From assembly GCA_050084515.1 (NCBI GenBank), contig CM114271.1, positions 42,408,001 through 42,472,000 on the forward strand: a stretch of DNA of 64,000 nucleotides. The letters are read 5' to 3'. The position numbers and the translations under genes are program-made. This DNA comes from Blasia pusilla. Taxonomy: Eukaryota. The notes beneath the pieces are model-generated. The model saw only the letters and a list, made by a program, of their open reading frames with translations. It had not been told where the DNA came from and did not search any database. Shown piece by piece: positions 62,926 through 64,000 of this stretch. The first letter of the stretch is position 1. Every line of letters starts with the position of its first letter.

Positions 62926-64000
62926 TATAGAGCGGCTGGCTGGCTTCGCAAATCAGAATGGAATGGATTACTGGCGGACGCAAAATGATTCATAACATGC
63001 CGTATTTCCATGCCGATATTCAAACGTCGAAAGACATAATTTCCTGCCGCGTCATGAACATCTAGCGAAGTTTCGGACTTGTATCGGACCCTAGAAATTT
63101 ATTGACGTTTCGAATCTGAATCACTCCGCCAGAGATGTTTCTTGACTGGAACAAGATCCACCTCAATTCGTGTAGTGGGAGGAATGCATATGGTGGTGGC
63201 GGTGGCGGTGGCCTTGCGTTTCACGAGTGCAACCTAAACTCGATCCGTTTCTGTTGTCCTTGCAACCAAGCATAGATGCAATCCAGACTTATGGATTGTA
63301 TCTGTCTAGAATACCAACCTTGATTCGATAACAATAATTGTCCTCAGCTGCTTCCATGCATGCATAGCTGGAGTCCAGACTCGATAGAAGCAACTTTTTC
63401 GTAATCAATACTCGCGATCAGCCAGGAGGAAACCTACAGCAAGGTCGATCGACGGCAGCAGCGGAGTGGAAAGAGGAATGTGAAACAGTTGGGAATGAGC
63501 CTACATTGCTGAAACTGGAAGTGTATGGCTCCTGGACTCGATCGACTCGTGTTCTTAGCTTACTTTCGTGCACGAATGGCTGGGATCCAGACTCGGTGGA
63601 TGCCCGCTCTGTCTAGTGGAGACTCTCATTCCAACCTGACGAACCATTCCACCGCAAGTTCGATCGAGTGAGCTGCTCCACAGACGGTTTTTCAATTGGA
63701 CGGAATCCAGGCTTCGTAGACGCCCACTCAGTCTACCGTAGGTCTGGCGGGCACTCTCGTTCCGACCCATGCACCGTTCCCACAGCGATGTCGGTCGTGT
63801 GAATGTCTGGGCTGCACTGGCGGCACTGCAAAGCAGCTGCAGCGTTTGCACTCTACATACAAGTGCCACGGACACCTAGTGCATGCCCAATTCCGAGCAC
63901 TCGCTACTCTCGTTTCCCACAGACTGTCCTCGAATCCTCCCTCGCTGGCTGCCCGCCATGAACCGCGTGCAAATATCCGATTCAGCAGTTTGGCATTCGC

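Overview
A gene-free plant heterochromatin block of nested, decayed transposable elements. It is probably from a bryophyte or other early-diverging lineage, inferred from the element mix. It contains a Ty1/copia element, a non-chromoviral Ty3/gypsy element, Athila-like LTRs, chromovirus pieces, CRE-type non-LTR fragments, a hAT transposon carrying a captured RRM exon, a TPR-SET gene fragment and a probable SINE. The standout is one Ty3/gypsy-like family, seen as four coding copies plus several terminal fragments, with three unusual features. (1) Its polyprotein reads gag - protease - DNMT3-like cytosine methyltransferase - RT - RNase H - DDE integrase - PHD finger. (2) It has split direct repeats (A1 ... 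PPT-B1-nn-A2-B2) instead of ordinary LTRs, with an internal GACA-nn-TGTC-type junction and 4-bp TSDs. (3) It has no tRNA PBS; instead a 13-16 nt segment after A1 is complementary to the sequence about 30 nt downstream of the TATA box, in three subfamilies whose sequences at these sites differ. This suggests a self-priming retrotransposon that integrates from a circular intermediate and carries its own DNA methyltransferase. All coding copies are pseudogenised, and every assignment comes from reading motifs by eye, not from database searches.
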